Source: an uncultured Nitrospiraceae bacterium (GTDB lineage: Bacteria; Nitrospirota; Thermodesulfovibrionia; Thermodesulfovibrionales; UBA6898). Taken from it: a stretch of 64,000 bases of DNA. How positions within the stretch are numbered: position 1 is the stretch's first letter; every line of letters starts with the position of its first letter. The stretch spans positions 128,001-192,000 of the forward strand of contig CAWEQH010000004.1 of assembly GCA_963811165.1 (NCBI GenBank), in the 5' to 3' direction. The notes under the pieces were generated by a model. That model searched no databases and was not told the DNA's origin. It saw nothing but the letters and a program-made list of their open reading frames with translations. The position numbers were made by a program, and so were the translations under genes. Shown in pieces: positions 21,866 to 31,191 of the stretch.

Positions 21866-21943
21866 GGGAGTGCCTGCAGTAAAGCGGTCTGCGGTAAAAC
21901 GCTCTAGGATGAGCGGAGTCCTCCATGATATAATGTTTCCGGG

Positions 21944-22951
21944 ATGGCAAAGGTACTGGTAAAACTGCGAAGCGGCGAACAGATCAAAGGTGACCTTCTG
22001 TCTTTAAACGCGGCCAGGCCTTCGTTTTATCTGGTCGCCGAGGAAGAGGGCGGGAAGGTCCATAATATTAACGTAAGCATGGACTCGGTGAAGGCCATCT
22101 TTTTTCTTAAGAAACAGGAGAAGGACGCCTCGGTCGTCCACACCGAGACCATAGAGCAGTCTGTTGTTGCAGGTCTGCACGGGTTTCGGCTCGACGTGGA
22201 GTTCAAAGACGGTGAGATGGTTCACGGCTCGGCGCATAAATACAACCCCTCGGACAAGGGCTTTTATATGGTGCCTCTTAATCCCGCCGAAAGATATGAT
22301 CGCATGTACATCAATGCCGCGTGGGTGAAAAACGTGGACAGCAGAAGACTCATGGGGGATATCCTGCTCGACCAGAAAAAGATAACTGAGCAGCAGCTGA
22401 CCCACGCCTTAGAGTATCAGCGGGCGCAAAAAGAAAAAAAGATAGGCACGATCCTCAAAGAACACGATTATGTTACCCATGAGCAATTGGAAGAGGCCCT
22501 CAAAAAGCAAGGCGGACAGACAAAATTCCTTGGCGAGATTCTGCTCGAAGCCGGGTATATCACGGAAGAACAGCTGGCATTCGCCCTGGACATACAGCGG
22601 AAAAACAGGAAGAAGAAACTGGGCCGCATCCTGGTGGAACTCAGGTATCTTGCTCCAAACGATATATGCATCGCCCTGTCTGCCCAGTTGCAGCTGCCAT
22701 GGGCGGATTTGTCCTCAGCCGATATCCAATCGGACGTTGCCACAGCTCTGCCGGAGGAGGTCGCCCGCCGCCTCCAGGTCATCCCTATTGAACGGCAAGC
22801 AAATACCCTTGTAATTGCCAGCGCCGAGCCCCGGGAGCCTGGGTTAAAGGGTGAAATCGGCCGGTACACGGACCTCCGGATCGAGCTGGCGGTTGCTTAC
22901 GAGGACTATATAGAAGCGGTCATCAACCGGTTCTATCCGGGCAGGAATTGA
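21944..22951 (+). CDS. Protein with a duplicated N-terminal beta domain, four MshEN-like repeats and a GspE-N-like tail; no ATPase domain
   Basis: RLMGDILL, KIGTILK, FLGEILLEAGYIT and KLGRILVE repeats. Confidence 0.75.
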   Translation: MAKVLVKLRSGEQIKGDLLSLNAARPSFYLVAEEEGGKVHNINVSMDSVKAIFFLKKQEKDASVVHTETIEQSVVAGLHGFRLDVEFKDGEMVHGSAHKYNPSDKGFYMVPLNPAERYDRMYINAAWVKNVDSRRLMGDILLDQKKITEQQLTHALEYQRAQKEKKIGTILKEHDYVTHEQLEEALKKQGGQTKFLGEILLEAGYITEEQLAFALDIQRKNRKKKLGRILVELRYLAPNDICIALSAQLQLPWADLSSADIQSDVATALPEEVARRLQVIPIERQANTLVIASAEPREPGLKGEIGRYTDLRIELAVAYEDYIEAVINRFYPGRN

Positions 22952-22978
22952 CTTGATCTCACAGACGGCGGGAGCGCA

Positions 22979-23683
22979 TCAAAGATATTTTTTCAGTGCC
23001 TCGAGGTCCAGGTTTTTGACGGCGGCTTTTGCGATGGCGTCTTCGTCGAGAATTCTCAGGTAGGGAAAGATGCCTAGTATGGGGACAGGACATATCTGGG
23101 CGAGGAGCTTGGGGTTGGTCTTTTCCGCAAGACTGTCTTCAGGGGGTTTGCTATAGTTGATGATGACCCCTGCCACTTCGAGTCCTTCCTTCAGGGCACA
23201 GGTTATAGAAAGCATGGTATGGTTTACGGTCCCAAGGCCGGGCCTTGCCACTATCAAAAGGGGAAGGCCGAATTTTTTGGCCATATCCACTACGAAATAG
23301 TCCTTTTTTACAGGTACCATGAGCCCGCCGAGGCCCTCCACAATCATTGAGCTATATTTTGCAGACAGTCCTTTGAAGACCCTTCCGAGTTCATCCGTGT
23401 CGACCTCTGTTGCCTCTATCTCAGAGGCCGAAAGCGGGGCGAGGGGGCTTTCGAAACAGCAGGGGGTGACGAGCGTGACCGGTTCATCCATATGGGCGGT
23501 CTGTTTTAAAAACATGCCGTCAAAGGGGATAAGCACGTCGCCTTCGCGGCCGCAGCCGCTTTCGACCGGCTTCATGGCTCCCACACGATGACCGAGGAAG
23601 GAAAGCGCTTTTATCATAGCCCCCGCCATTATCGTCTTTCCGACTCCGGTATCGGTCCCCGCAATAAAAAAACCCTTAGACAT
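22979..23683 (-). CDS. bioD: Dethiobiotin synthase
   Basis: GTDTGVGKT, MKPVESG, VEGLGG and LGTVNHT motifs. Confidence 0.95.
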   Translation of the reverse strand: MSKGFFIAGTDTGVGKTIMAGAMIKALSFLGHRVGAMKPVESGCGREGDVLIPFDGMFLKQTAHMDEPVTLVTPCCFESPLAPLSASEIEATEVDTDELGRVFKGLSAKYSSMIVEGLGGLMVPVKKDYFVVDMAKKFGLPLLIVARPGLGTVNHTMLSITCALKEGLEVAGVIINYSKPPEDSLAEKTNPKLLAQICPVPILGIFPYLRILDEDAIAKAAVKNLDLEALKKYL

Positions 23684-23720
23684 AAAACCTCCTTCGTACC
23701 CTGCTTTCAATTTCGAAAAG

Positions 23721-24422
23721 TCAGAGGATACGGCTGTCGAGGCTGAAGACCTGCCCCGTAATGTTTTGCGTGCGCACGATCGACACTACTAGTGCCGCAA
23801 CCTCTGCCGGGTCGGACAAACTGTGCAGCATACTCTTTTCCCTTGCCTGGTCCATTGCCCTGCCGGCCCCTATTCCCATATCGGTCATCATAAATCCGGG
23901 CAGCACGGCGTTGACACGTATGTGATGCACTGCGAGTTCAGCTGCGCAGGTATAGGTGAGCCCGAGGAGGGCCGCTTTTGAAGCGCTATAGGCGGCCTGT
24001 CCGGCTTTTCCCGAAATCCCCGAACGGGAGGAGATATTGACCACGTGTCCACCACCGGATTTTACCATAAGCGGGGCCATAGTCTTAATGATATTGAAGC
24101 AGCCCTTAAGGTTTGTCCCGATGATCGAGTCCCATTCTTTTTCAGACTGCCTGATGAGCAAAGAGTCCTTCGTGATTCCCGCGTTATTTATTACCACATC
24201 GAGTCTGCCCGAAACTTTTTCGACAAAATCGGCCATTGCCCTGACCTGTGCTGCATCTGCGACATCAGCCCTTATAGTACGGCCGACTGATCGGACAAGT
24301 TCGGATACCTCCTTATCGGCCGAAAGATAGTTGGCAAAGACGGTATAGCCGTTTTTTGCAAGCGCAAAGGCGATCTCTTTCCCCAGCCCCCGCGACGCTC
24401 CGGTGACGAGGGCTACCGGCAT
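23721..24422 (-). CDS. FabG-like short-chain dehydrogenase/reductase
   Basis: TGASRGLG, NNAGITKD and YSASK motifs. Confidence 0.9.
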   Translation of the reverse strand: MPVALVTGASRGLGKEIAFALAKNGYTVFANYLSADKEVSELVRSVGRTIRADVADAAQVRAMADFVEKVSGRLDVVINNAGITKDSLLIRQSEKEWDSIIGTNLKGCFNIIKTMAPLMVKSGGGHVVNISSRSGISGKAGQAAYSASKAALLGLTYTCAAELAVHHIRVNAVLPGFMMTDMGIGAGRAMDQAREKSMLHSLSDPAEVAALVVSIVRTQNITGQVFSLDSRIL

Positions 24423-24666
24423 ATGCGGTGTTCCCGGGTGATTACGTCGAACCTATGATTGGTGGTCCTCATTTTGTTCGTTTATGGGTAATCCGGCACA
24501 ATTTGAAAATGGAATGACAGCTTCTAGAACTATCTTTACCGCTACATAGTGTCGGCAAATGTTTTCAGCTTAAAGGCAAATAGATTTTTTCAAGAATAAC
24601 ACATAACGTACTGACAGAAGAAGGGCCGGTCAAAAAAGGCGGGTGTAGCGCAATAGATTTCGGCAC

Positions 24667-24702
24667 AAAAAAAACAGGCAGCCAGGGGGGACTGGCTGCC
24701 TG
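24667..24702 (-). terminator. Minus-strand intrinsic terminator with no upstream minus-strand CDS
   Basis: 11-bp stem CAGGCAGCCAG/CTGGCTGCCTG plus U8 on the minus strand. Confidence 0.7.
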
Positions 24703-24797
24703 AAGGAGGGATTCGAAAAAGGGTTTTATTACCCTTGTTAGTAGCATAGTGGCAAATATTGAAGAAATTATGAAGGGGTAAAATACCCATCGCGTTC

Positions 24798-24826
24798 TTG
24801 ACAAGCGCCGAGGGTTGCGCGAGAAT
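24798..24826 (+). promoter_or_regulatory. Sigma70 promoter of the ALDH operon
   Basis: TTGACA-17 nt-GAGAAT. Confidence 0.5.
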
Positions 24827-24878
24827 TTGGGCATGAATCCCCGGTCTTTTTCCGATTTTCTCAAGGGTTGGGAGGTGC

Positions 24879-26372
24879 TTGGTGAAAACGATCGTGAAGA
24901 ATTTCATTGACGGACAATGGGTGGACTCGATTGCCGGGGAGGCCTTCGAACGCATCAACCCGGCGGATACGTCGGAGGTCGTTGCGGTCGTCAGCAGGGC
25001 AGACAGGCCCGACGTCGACACGGCTGTCGGCGCAGCGAAGGCGGCGTTTGGCGGCTGGAGACATACCCCGCCGCCAAAAAGGGGAGAGATACTTTTCAGG
25101 GCGGGCGAGATACTTACGAGGAGGAAAGAAGAACTCGGCGCGCTTATGACCAAGGAGATGGGCAAGGTCCTGCCCGAAGCGCTCGGGGACGTGCAGGAGG
25201 CCATAGACATGGCCTTTTATATGGCGGGGGAAGGCAGAAGGCTTTCAGGTGAAACGATCCCCTCGGAACTTCCCGATAAGGACTGTAAGTCCATACGCGT
25301 GCCCGTTGGGGTATGCGGCCTGATTACGCCCTGGAACTTCCCCATGGCCATACCGGCCTGGAAGATCATGCCTGCCCTTATCTCGGGCAACACTGTGGTT
25401 TTTAAGCCAAGCAGTTACACGCCCGCCTGCGCTTCGAAACTCGTAGAGACATTTCAGGAGGCCGGCCTGCCGAAGGGGGTTTTGAATCTCGTAAACGGCA
25501 GCGGTGAAGGGACCGGGAACTATCTCGCTTCGCATGCCGGCATAGACGCTCTGTCTTTTACGGGTTCGACCGCGGTCGGGCTGGGGATCGCAAAGACCTG
25601 CTCAGAGAACGGCAAGAAGGTATCTTGCGAGATGGGCGGGAAAAACGCCATCATCGTCATGGACGACGCTGACCTGGACCTTGCGGTCGAAGGTGCGATA
25701 TGGGGCGGGTTCGGGACGAGCGGTCAAAGGTGTACGTCGTCAAGCCGCATAGTCGTACACCGGAAGGTCTACGATATGTTCCTTCAGATGTTCTCTGCGG
25801 CCGCATCAAAGCTGAGACTCGGAAACGGACTCGATAAAAATACCGACGTAGGTCCTGTCGTAAACGAGACTCAGATGAAGCGGATACTCGACTTCATAGA
25901 GATCGGAAAGAAAGAAGGGGCCAAAGTGGTAACGGGGGGCAATGCCTGCAGGGAAGGCGAATGCGGGAGAGGATACTTCATCCGGCCTACAATCTTTTCC
26001 GGGGTCGCCCCCGGCATGAGGATCGCGCAGGAGGAGATCTTCGGCCCTGTGGTGGCGGTGATCATGGCAGAGGACCTGCAGGACGCGATACGGATAGTCA
26101 ACGGCACCTCTTACGGACTTGTATCTTCGATATACACGAGGGACGTCAATAAGTCCGCCGTCGCAGAGCGCGAGCTCGATACCGGCATTGTCTATATCAA
26201 TGCCTCAACGATAGGCGCAGAGATCCAGCTTCCCTTCGGCGGGACGAAAAAAAGCGGCTTTGGACATGAAGAGGCCGGAGGAAGGGGGGGCGCCCTCGAT
26301 ATGTTTACTAAGTGGAAGGTGATCTACAGGGACTTCAGCGGCAGGCTCCAGAAGGCCCAGATCGACAGATAA
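24879..26372 (+). CDS. Aldehyde dehydrogenase family protein (possible glutamate-5-semialdehyde dehydrogenase)
   Basis: ITPWNFP, FTGS, EMGGKN, GQRCT, EEIFGP and PFGG motifs; substrate inferred from context only. Confidence 0.92.
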   Translation: MVKTIVKNFIDGQWVDSIAGEAFERINPADTSEVVAVVSRADRPDVDTAVGAAKAAFGGWRHTPPPKRGEILFRAGEILTRRKEELGALMTKEMGKVLPEALGDVQEAIDMAFYMAGEGRRLSGETIPSELPDKDCKSIRVPVGVCGLITPWNFPMAIPAWKIMPALISGNTVVFKPSSYTPACASKLVETFQEAGLPKGVLNLVNGSGEGTGNYLASHAGIDALSFTGSTAVGLGIAKTCSENGKKVSCEMGGKNAIIVMDDADLDLAVEGAIWGGFGTSGQRCTSSSRIVVHRKVYDMFLQMFSAAASKLRLGNGLDKNTDVGPVVNETQMKRILDFIEIGKKEGAKVVTGGNACREGECGRGYFIRPTIFSGVAPGMRIAQEEIFGPVVAVIMAEDLQDAIRIVNGTSYGLVSSIYTRDVNKSAVAERELDTGIVYINASTIGAEIQLPFGGTKKSGFGHEEAGGRGGALDMFTKWKVIYRDFSGRLQKAQIDR

Positions 26373-26399
26373 CCGGATGGACAGGAGGTCAACAGCCGC

Positions 26400-27683
26400 A
26401 TGGACGATTATCTGAACAGGGCGAAAGCCGTTTTGACAAACGCGCTCGTCATTCACACCGGGATCGTCGCAAAGAAGGCCCACGGTATTTATGTCGAAGA
26501 TCTTGATGGCAGGAGGTACATGGACTTTACCTCCGGGCTTGCCACCGTAAATATCGGACACAACCACCCCGGCGTCGTCGAGGCGATAAAGAGACAGGCG
26601 GAAGATTTCGTTCATTCCGGGTGCATCTTTTATTACGAACCGCTTATAACGCTTGCCGAGAAGCTAAGGCAAGTGACGCCTCCGGGGATTGATATGTTCT
26701 TCTTCAGCAATTCCGGGGCCGAGGCTGTCGAAGGCGCGATAAAGCTTGCGCGCTATAGCACAGGCCGGCAGGGCATCGTCGCGTTTACCGGAGGGTTCCA
26801 CGGCAGGACCTTCGGTGCAATGAGTCTGACCACATCGAGCATGAGGTACCGAAGGATGTATCACCCCGTGGTCCCCTCGATCTACCACACTCCTTACCCC
26901 TATTGTTTCCGGTGTTTCTTTGGTCAACGGCCGGGCGCCTGCAACATGGATTGTTATACATACCTTGAGAGGCTCTTTAAACATCTCATCCCTCCTGAGG
27001 AAGTGGCCTGCATGATAATCGAACCGGTGCTCGGCGAAGGGGGTTACGTGCCGCCTCCGCCCGAGTTCCTTGCCAGACTCAGGGCCATCTGCGACAAATG
27101 GGGTATACTCCTTGTGCTCGATGAGGTTCAGGCAGGCATGGGAAGGACGGGAAAGTGGTTTGCGTCGGAGCATTTCGGGGTTGTCCCTGACATTATGACC
27201 GTCGCCAAAGGCATCGCCTCGGGCATGCCTCTTAGTGCGGTGGCCGCAAGAAAAGAGATCATGGAGAAATGGCCCAAAGGCGCGCACGGCACGACCTTCG
27301 GAGGCAACCCTGTTTCATGCGCCGCCGCCCTTGCGACAATCGGGATTATAGAGAAAGAGGGTCTTTTAGCAAAGGCCACTCAAACCGGCGGGCATGCCAT
27401 GACAAGATTGAGATCGATAAAGGAGAGGTATCCTGCAATCGGCGACGTAAGGGGACTCGGGCTCATGATAGGCATAGAGTTTGTCACGGCAGCGGGGGAG
27501 GCCGACACAGTGGGTCTTGGCAAAGTGATCCGGAACAGTCTTGAAAAAGGGCTGGTGCTTCTGGACTGCGGGGTTGATAAAAATATCATAAGGCTGGCCC
27601 CGCCGCTCATAGTGAAGAGGGAAGAAATAGATGCGGGACTCGATATATTCGAAGGTGCGCTCAACGCAACGTATGGGGGTTGA
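26400..27683 (+). CDS. Class III PLP aminotransferase (GabT/ornithine omega-aminotransferase-like)
   Basis: NSGAEAVE, FHGRT, EPVLGEGG, DEVQ, AKGIASG and HGTTFGGNP motifs. Confidence 0.93.
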   Translation: MDDYLNRAKAVLTNALVIHTGIVAKKAHGIYVEDLDGRRYMDFTSGLATVNIGHNHPGVVEAIKRQAEDFVHSGCIFYYEPLITLAEKLRQVTPPGIDMFFFSNSGAEAVEGAIKLARYSTGRQGIVAFTGGFHGRTFGAMSLTTSSMRYRRMYHPVVPSIYHTPYPYCFRCFFGQRPGACNMDCYTYLERLFKHLIPPEEVACMIIEPVLGEGGYVPPPPEFLARLRAICDKWGILLVLDEVQAGMGRTGKWFASEHFGVVPDIMTVAKGIASGMPLSAVAARKEIMEKWPKGAHGTTFGGNPVSCAAALATIGIIEKEGLLAKATQTGGHAMTRLRSIKERYPAIGDVRGLGLMIGIEFVTAAGEADTVGLGKVIRNSLEKGLVLLDCGVDKNIIRLAPPLIVKREEIDAGLDIFEGALNATYGG

Positions 27684-29024
27684 ATGATGAAGAGACAGAA
27701 GGTCCTTATCATGGGTGCCGCCGGCAGGGACTTCCATAACTTCAATATGGTTTACAGGGAGGACCCCTCCTATGAAGTTGCTGCATTTACCGCGGCCCAG
27801 ATACCCTTTATAGGAAGAAGAATGTATCCGGCCACCCTGGCAGGACCTCTTTATCCGGATGGGATCCCGATCTTTCCCGAAGAGGACCTTGCGACGCTTA
27901 TCCATCTGTACGGGATCGGGCAGGTGGTCTTTGCCTACAGTGATGTCACGCACGAACATGTTATGCACAAGGCCTCTCTCTGCCTTTCGCTGGGGACCGA
28001 TTTTGTTCTGCTCGGCCCTGACAAGACAATGCTCGAATCGACACTGCCCGTCATCTCCGTATGTTCGGTAAGGACGGGATGCGGAAAGAGTGGAATGACG
28101 AGATATGTCCTTGGAGTGCTTAAGAAAAGAGGAGTGGTCCCTGTTGCGATACGACATCCGATGCCCTATTGCGACCTGGTAAAAAGCCGCGTGCAGCGGT
28201 TCGGGAAGATGGAAGACCTAGACGACGGGAGCTGCACCATAGAGGAACGCGAAGAATTCGAGCCGCTTATCAGGGCAGGCGTCCCCGTGTACGCCGGGGT
28301 CGATTATCGGGAGGTTTTGAAAGACGCCGAAAAAGAGGCCGGGGTCATTGTATGGGACGGGGGGAACAATGATATGCCCTTTTTAAGGTCCGGGCTTGAA
28401 ATAGTGGTCCTCGACCCTCACCGGCCCGGCCATGAGTTGTCTTTCCATCCGGGTGAAGCCAATTTAAGGAGGGCGGATATAGCGGTTATCAACAAGGTCG
28501 ATACCGCGGACGAGGGAAAGGTGAGAGAGGTCGAAAAAAACATCCGGAAGGTGAACCCGGTAGCGGTCATTGTATATACGACTTCACCCATAAGTGTCGA
28601 CTATCCCGGCAAGATCGCGGGAAAGAAGGTCCTCGTGGTAGAGGACGGACCGACGCTTACCCACGGCGGCATGAAATACGGGGCCGGGTTTCTGGCCGCA
28701 GAGAAATACTCGGCGGCCGAGATTGTCGACCCGCGTCCCTATGCGGTTGGTTCGATCAGAGAGACCCTCGAAAAATATCCCGATCTCAGGAGGGTGTTGC
28801 CTGCGATGGGGTACGCCCCGGAGCAGATAAGAGAACTGAAAGAGACGATAGAGCGCGCGCAGGCAGACCTTGTGCTGGTCGCAACGCCCACCGACCTGCG
28901 CCGGCTGCTGGAGCTTAATAAAGATTCCGTGCGCGTCAGTTACGAAATAGAGGAGCTTGACGGTATGGAGCTGAAAGGGTGCATAGAGGGCTTCATCGAC
29001 AGCCATCTCCATGCTGCGAAATAG
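27684..29024 (+). CDS. P-loop protein of the cyclic 2,3-diphosphoglycerate synthase-related family; probable arginine synthetase (ArcE-like)
   Basis: MGAAGRDFHNFN, VRTGCGKS, RHPMPY, TIEEREEFEP, WDGGNND and EDGPTLTHGG motifs; adjacent to carbamate kinase. Confidence 0.8.
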   Translation: MMKRQKVLIMGAAGRDFHNFNMVYREDPSYEVAAFTAAQIPFIGRRMYPATLAGPLYPDGIPIFPEEDLATLIHLYGIGQVVFAYSDVTHEHVMHKASLCLSLGTDFVLLGPDKTMLESTLPVISVCSVRTGCGKSGMTRYVLGVLKKRGVVPVAIRHPMPYCDLVKSRVQRFGKMEDLDDGSCTIEEREEFEPLIRAGVPVYAGVDYREVLKDAEKEAGVIVWDGGNNDMPFLRSGLEIVVLDPHRPGHELSFHPGEANLRRADIAVINKVDTADEGKVREVEKNIRKVNPVAVIVYTTSPISVDYPGKIAGKKVLVVEDGPTLTHGGMKYGAGFLAAEKYSAAEIVDPRPYAVGSIRETLEKYPDLRRVLPAMGYAPEQIRELKETIERAQADLVLVATPTDLRRLLELNKDSVRVSYEIEELDGMELKGCIEGFIDSHLHAAK

Positions 29025-29090
29025 TGCGATGACATGGCATGGAACATCATTTTTTATTGCCGCCTTAAAGAAATGATTACATCGTTTATG

Positions 29091-29162
29091 AAATCCCTTC
29101 TGCCCTCCCTTTGTCAAAGTGAGGAATAATTCTCCTCTTTGGCAGAAGAGGGGGGAGATTTT
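29091..29162. repeat. REP-like palindromic element
   Basis: aaatcccttc...ccctttgtcaaagtg...ctcctctttggcagaagagggggga gattt: terminal inverted arms with two internal hairpins; a similar shorter element lies at 55527. Confidence 0.55.
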
Positions 29163-29188
29163 CTCATTCATGTGATACCCTTGATAGT

Positions 29189-30148
29189 ATGAACGGCACT
29201 GGGCGATACAGATTGTGCGTCGTTTCCCTTGGCGGCAACGCCCTGATAAGGAGGGGCGAGGAGGGCACAATCGAAGAACAGTTCGCACATACTCGCGCAT
29301 GCACGTCGCAGCTGTCACGTATGGTCAGGGACGGGTTCAGGATAGTAATTACCCATGGAAACGGCCCGATCGTCGGAAACATCGTAATCCGAAACGAAGC
29401 GGCGAAGAACACGGTCCCCCCCATGCCCCTTTATATCTGCGACGCCGACTCGGAGGGCGGCATCGGCTACATGATCCAGCAGACACTCTATAACAGCCTC
29501 AGAGGCATTCGGGAGGTGCGTGGCGTGGTCACGGTCATCACCCAGGTCGTTGTCGACAAGAAAGACCGTGCCTTTGAAATACCGTCAAAACCGATAGGAC
29601 CCTTCTACACTGAGGACGAGGCGGCCGAACTGGAAAAGTCGAGGGGGTGGATCTTGAGGGAAGACAGCGGCAGAGGCTATAGAAGGGTTGTCCCGTCGCC
29701 CCGGCCGAAGAAGATAATCGAGACGGAGGTCATCAGGCAGCTCACTCAATCTGGCGTCATTACGATCGCGGCCGGAGGGGGCGGCGTACCGGTCGTCGAA
29801 CTGGCATCGGGCGATCTTCAGGGAGTGGATGCGGTTGTGGACAAGGACCTTGCGAGCAGTCTCCTTGCGATGGATCTGGGTGCCGAATGTTTCATCAACC
29901 TTACCCAGGTCGACAACGTCTACCTCGATTACGGAAGGGCCGGCCAGAGGGCGCTTCGTGATGTCGGTCTGGAAGAGATCAGCGCGTACTACGAGCAGGG
30001 CCATTTTCCGCCGGGAAGCATGGGACCGAAGATAGAGGCGGCCATCGAGTTTCTTCGTGCCGGAGGTAAAGAAGTGATCATCACGACCCCGGAACTTGTC
30101 GGAGAAGCGATGCAGGGAAGGGCAGGGACGAGGCTAAGGGCGACTTGA
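29189..30148 (+). CDS. arcC: Carbamate kinase
   Basis: LGGNAL, THGNGP, GYRRVVPSP, GGGGVPV, AVVDKD and GSMGPKI motifs. Confidence 0.95.
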   Translation: MNGTGRYRLCVVSLGGNALIRRGEEGTIEEQFAHTRACTSQLSRMVRDGFRIVITHGNGPIVGNIVIRNEAAKNTVPPMPLYICDADSEGGIGYMIQQTLYNSLRGIREVRGVVTVITQVVVDKKDRAFEIPSKPIGPFYTEDEAAELEKSRGWILREDSGRGYRRVVPSPRPKKIIETEVIRQLTQSGVITIAAGGGGVPVVELASGDLQGVDAVVDKDLASSLLAMDLGAECFINLTQVDNVYLDYGRAGQRALRDVGLEEISAYYEQGHFPPGSMGPKIEAAIEFLRAGGKEVIITTPELVGEAMQGRAGTRLRAT

Positions 30149-30219
30149 TTACGTTTTCAAATGCCGGATAATTAGTGTAGGGTGTACTATTTATGACCAT
30201 ATGAAGGGAGAATTGAAGG

Positions 30220-31071
30220 ATGCCTAAGAAGACAGAAACTCATGCACGGCTGACAAAGGACGAAAGGGCCTTTTCGTTCATTGCGCTCAATGACCGGGAA
30301 GGTAAACCGAGGAAACAGGGTATTACGGAGATGAGAGGCCCATACTATACGCCCATGGGAAAGCGCTATCTTGAAGACATCCTTGAGACCATGGGGGCTT
30401 ATGTCGATATCCTTAAGTTTGCGGGAGGGTCCTTCAGTCTCATGCCCCGCAAAGCGGTAAAGGAACTCATCGATCTATGCCACAGGTACGATGTGCAGGT
30501 CGACACGGGAGGCTTTATCGAGCATGTGCTTACGCTCGGTGCAGGCATGGTCGATCGCTATATCGAGGAATGCAGGAGCCTTGAATTCGATATAGTCGAG
30601 ATATCGGGCGGCTTTCTGAGTATCCCCGCAGATGACCTTGTCCGTATAACCGAAAAAGTGCGGAAAAGGGGGATGAAGCCCAAAGCCGAGGTGGGCATCC
30701 AGTTCGGTGCAGGGGGAGCGAGCACGGTCGGGGAACTCGAGGCCGAAGGGACAGGGGATGTCGACTGGGCGGTCATGAGGGCGAAGAAGCATCTCGATGC
30801 CGGCGCATATATGATCATGATCGAATCAGAGGGCATAACAGAAAGCGTCAACACCTGGAGGACGGATGTGATCTCCAAATTCATCCGGGAGCTGGGGATC
30901 GAAAAGACGATGTTCGAGGCCGCTGACCCGGAGGTGTTCAACTGGTATATCAAAAACTACGGGCCGGAAATGAATCTTTTTGTCGACCATAGCCAGATCG
31001 TGCTTCTTGAATCCCTGAGGTCGGGCATCTGGGGGACGAAAAAACCTCTGGGGAAGGGTGTTGACCTATAA
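30220..31071 (+). CDS. Phosphosulfolactate synthase (ComA/HSA32-like) family protein; probable terminal frameshift
   Basis: KPRKQGITEMRGPYY, LKFAGGS, MIESEGITE and NLFVDHSQ motifs. Removing one A at 31039-31044 gives TKNLWGRVLTYKGR ending at 31081. Confidence 0.85.
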   Translation: MPKKTETHARLTKDERAFSFIALNDREGKPRKQGITEMRGPYYTPMGKRYLEDILETMGAYVDILKFAGGSFSLMPRKAVKELIDLCHRYDVQVDTGGFIEHVLTLGAGMVDRYIEECRSLEFDIVEISGGFLSIPADDLVRITEKVRKRGMKPKAEVGIQFGAGGASTVGELEAEGTGDVDWAVMRAKKHLDAGAYMIMIESEGITESVNTWRTDVISKFIRELGIEKTMFEAADPEVFNWYIKNYGPEMNLFVDHSQIVLLESLRSGIWGTKKPLGKGVDL

Positions 31072-31191
31072 AGGCCGCTAAGAAAGTCCGACCAAGGAGG
31101 GGACTATCTTCTCGCTCATTCAAAACGAAACATAGAAAGGCGGGAGAATACCATATCCCGCCTTATTGACCGAGTTTGTGAATAATCCTGG

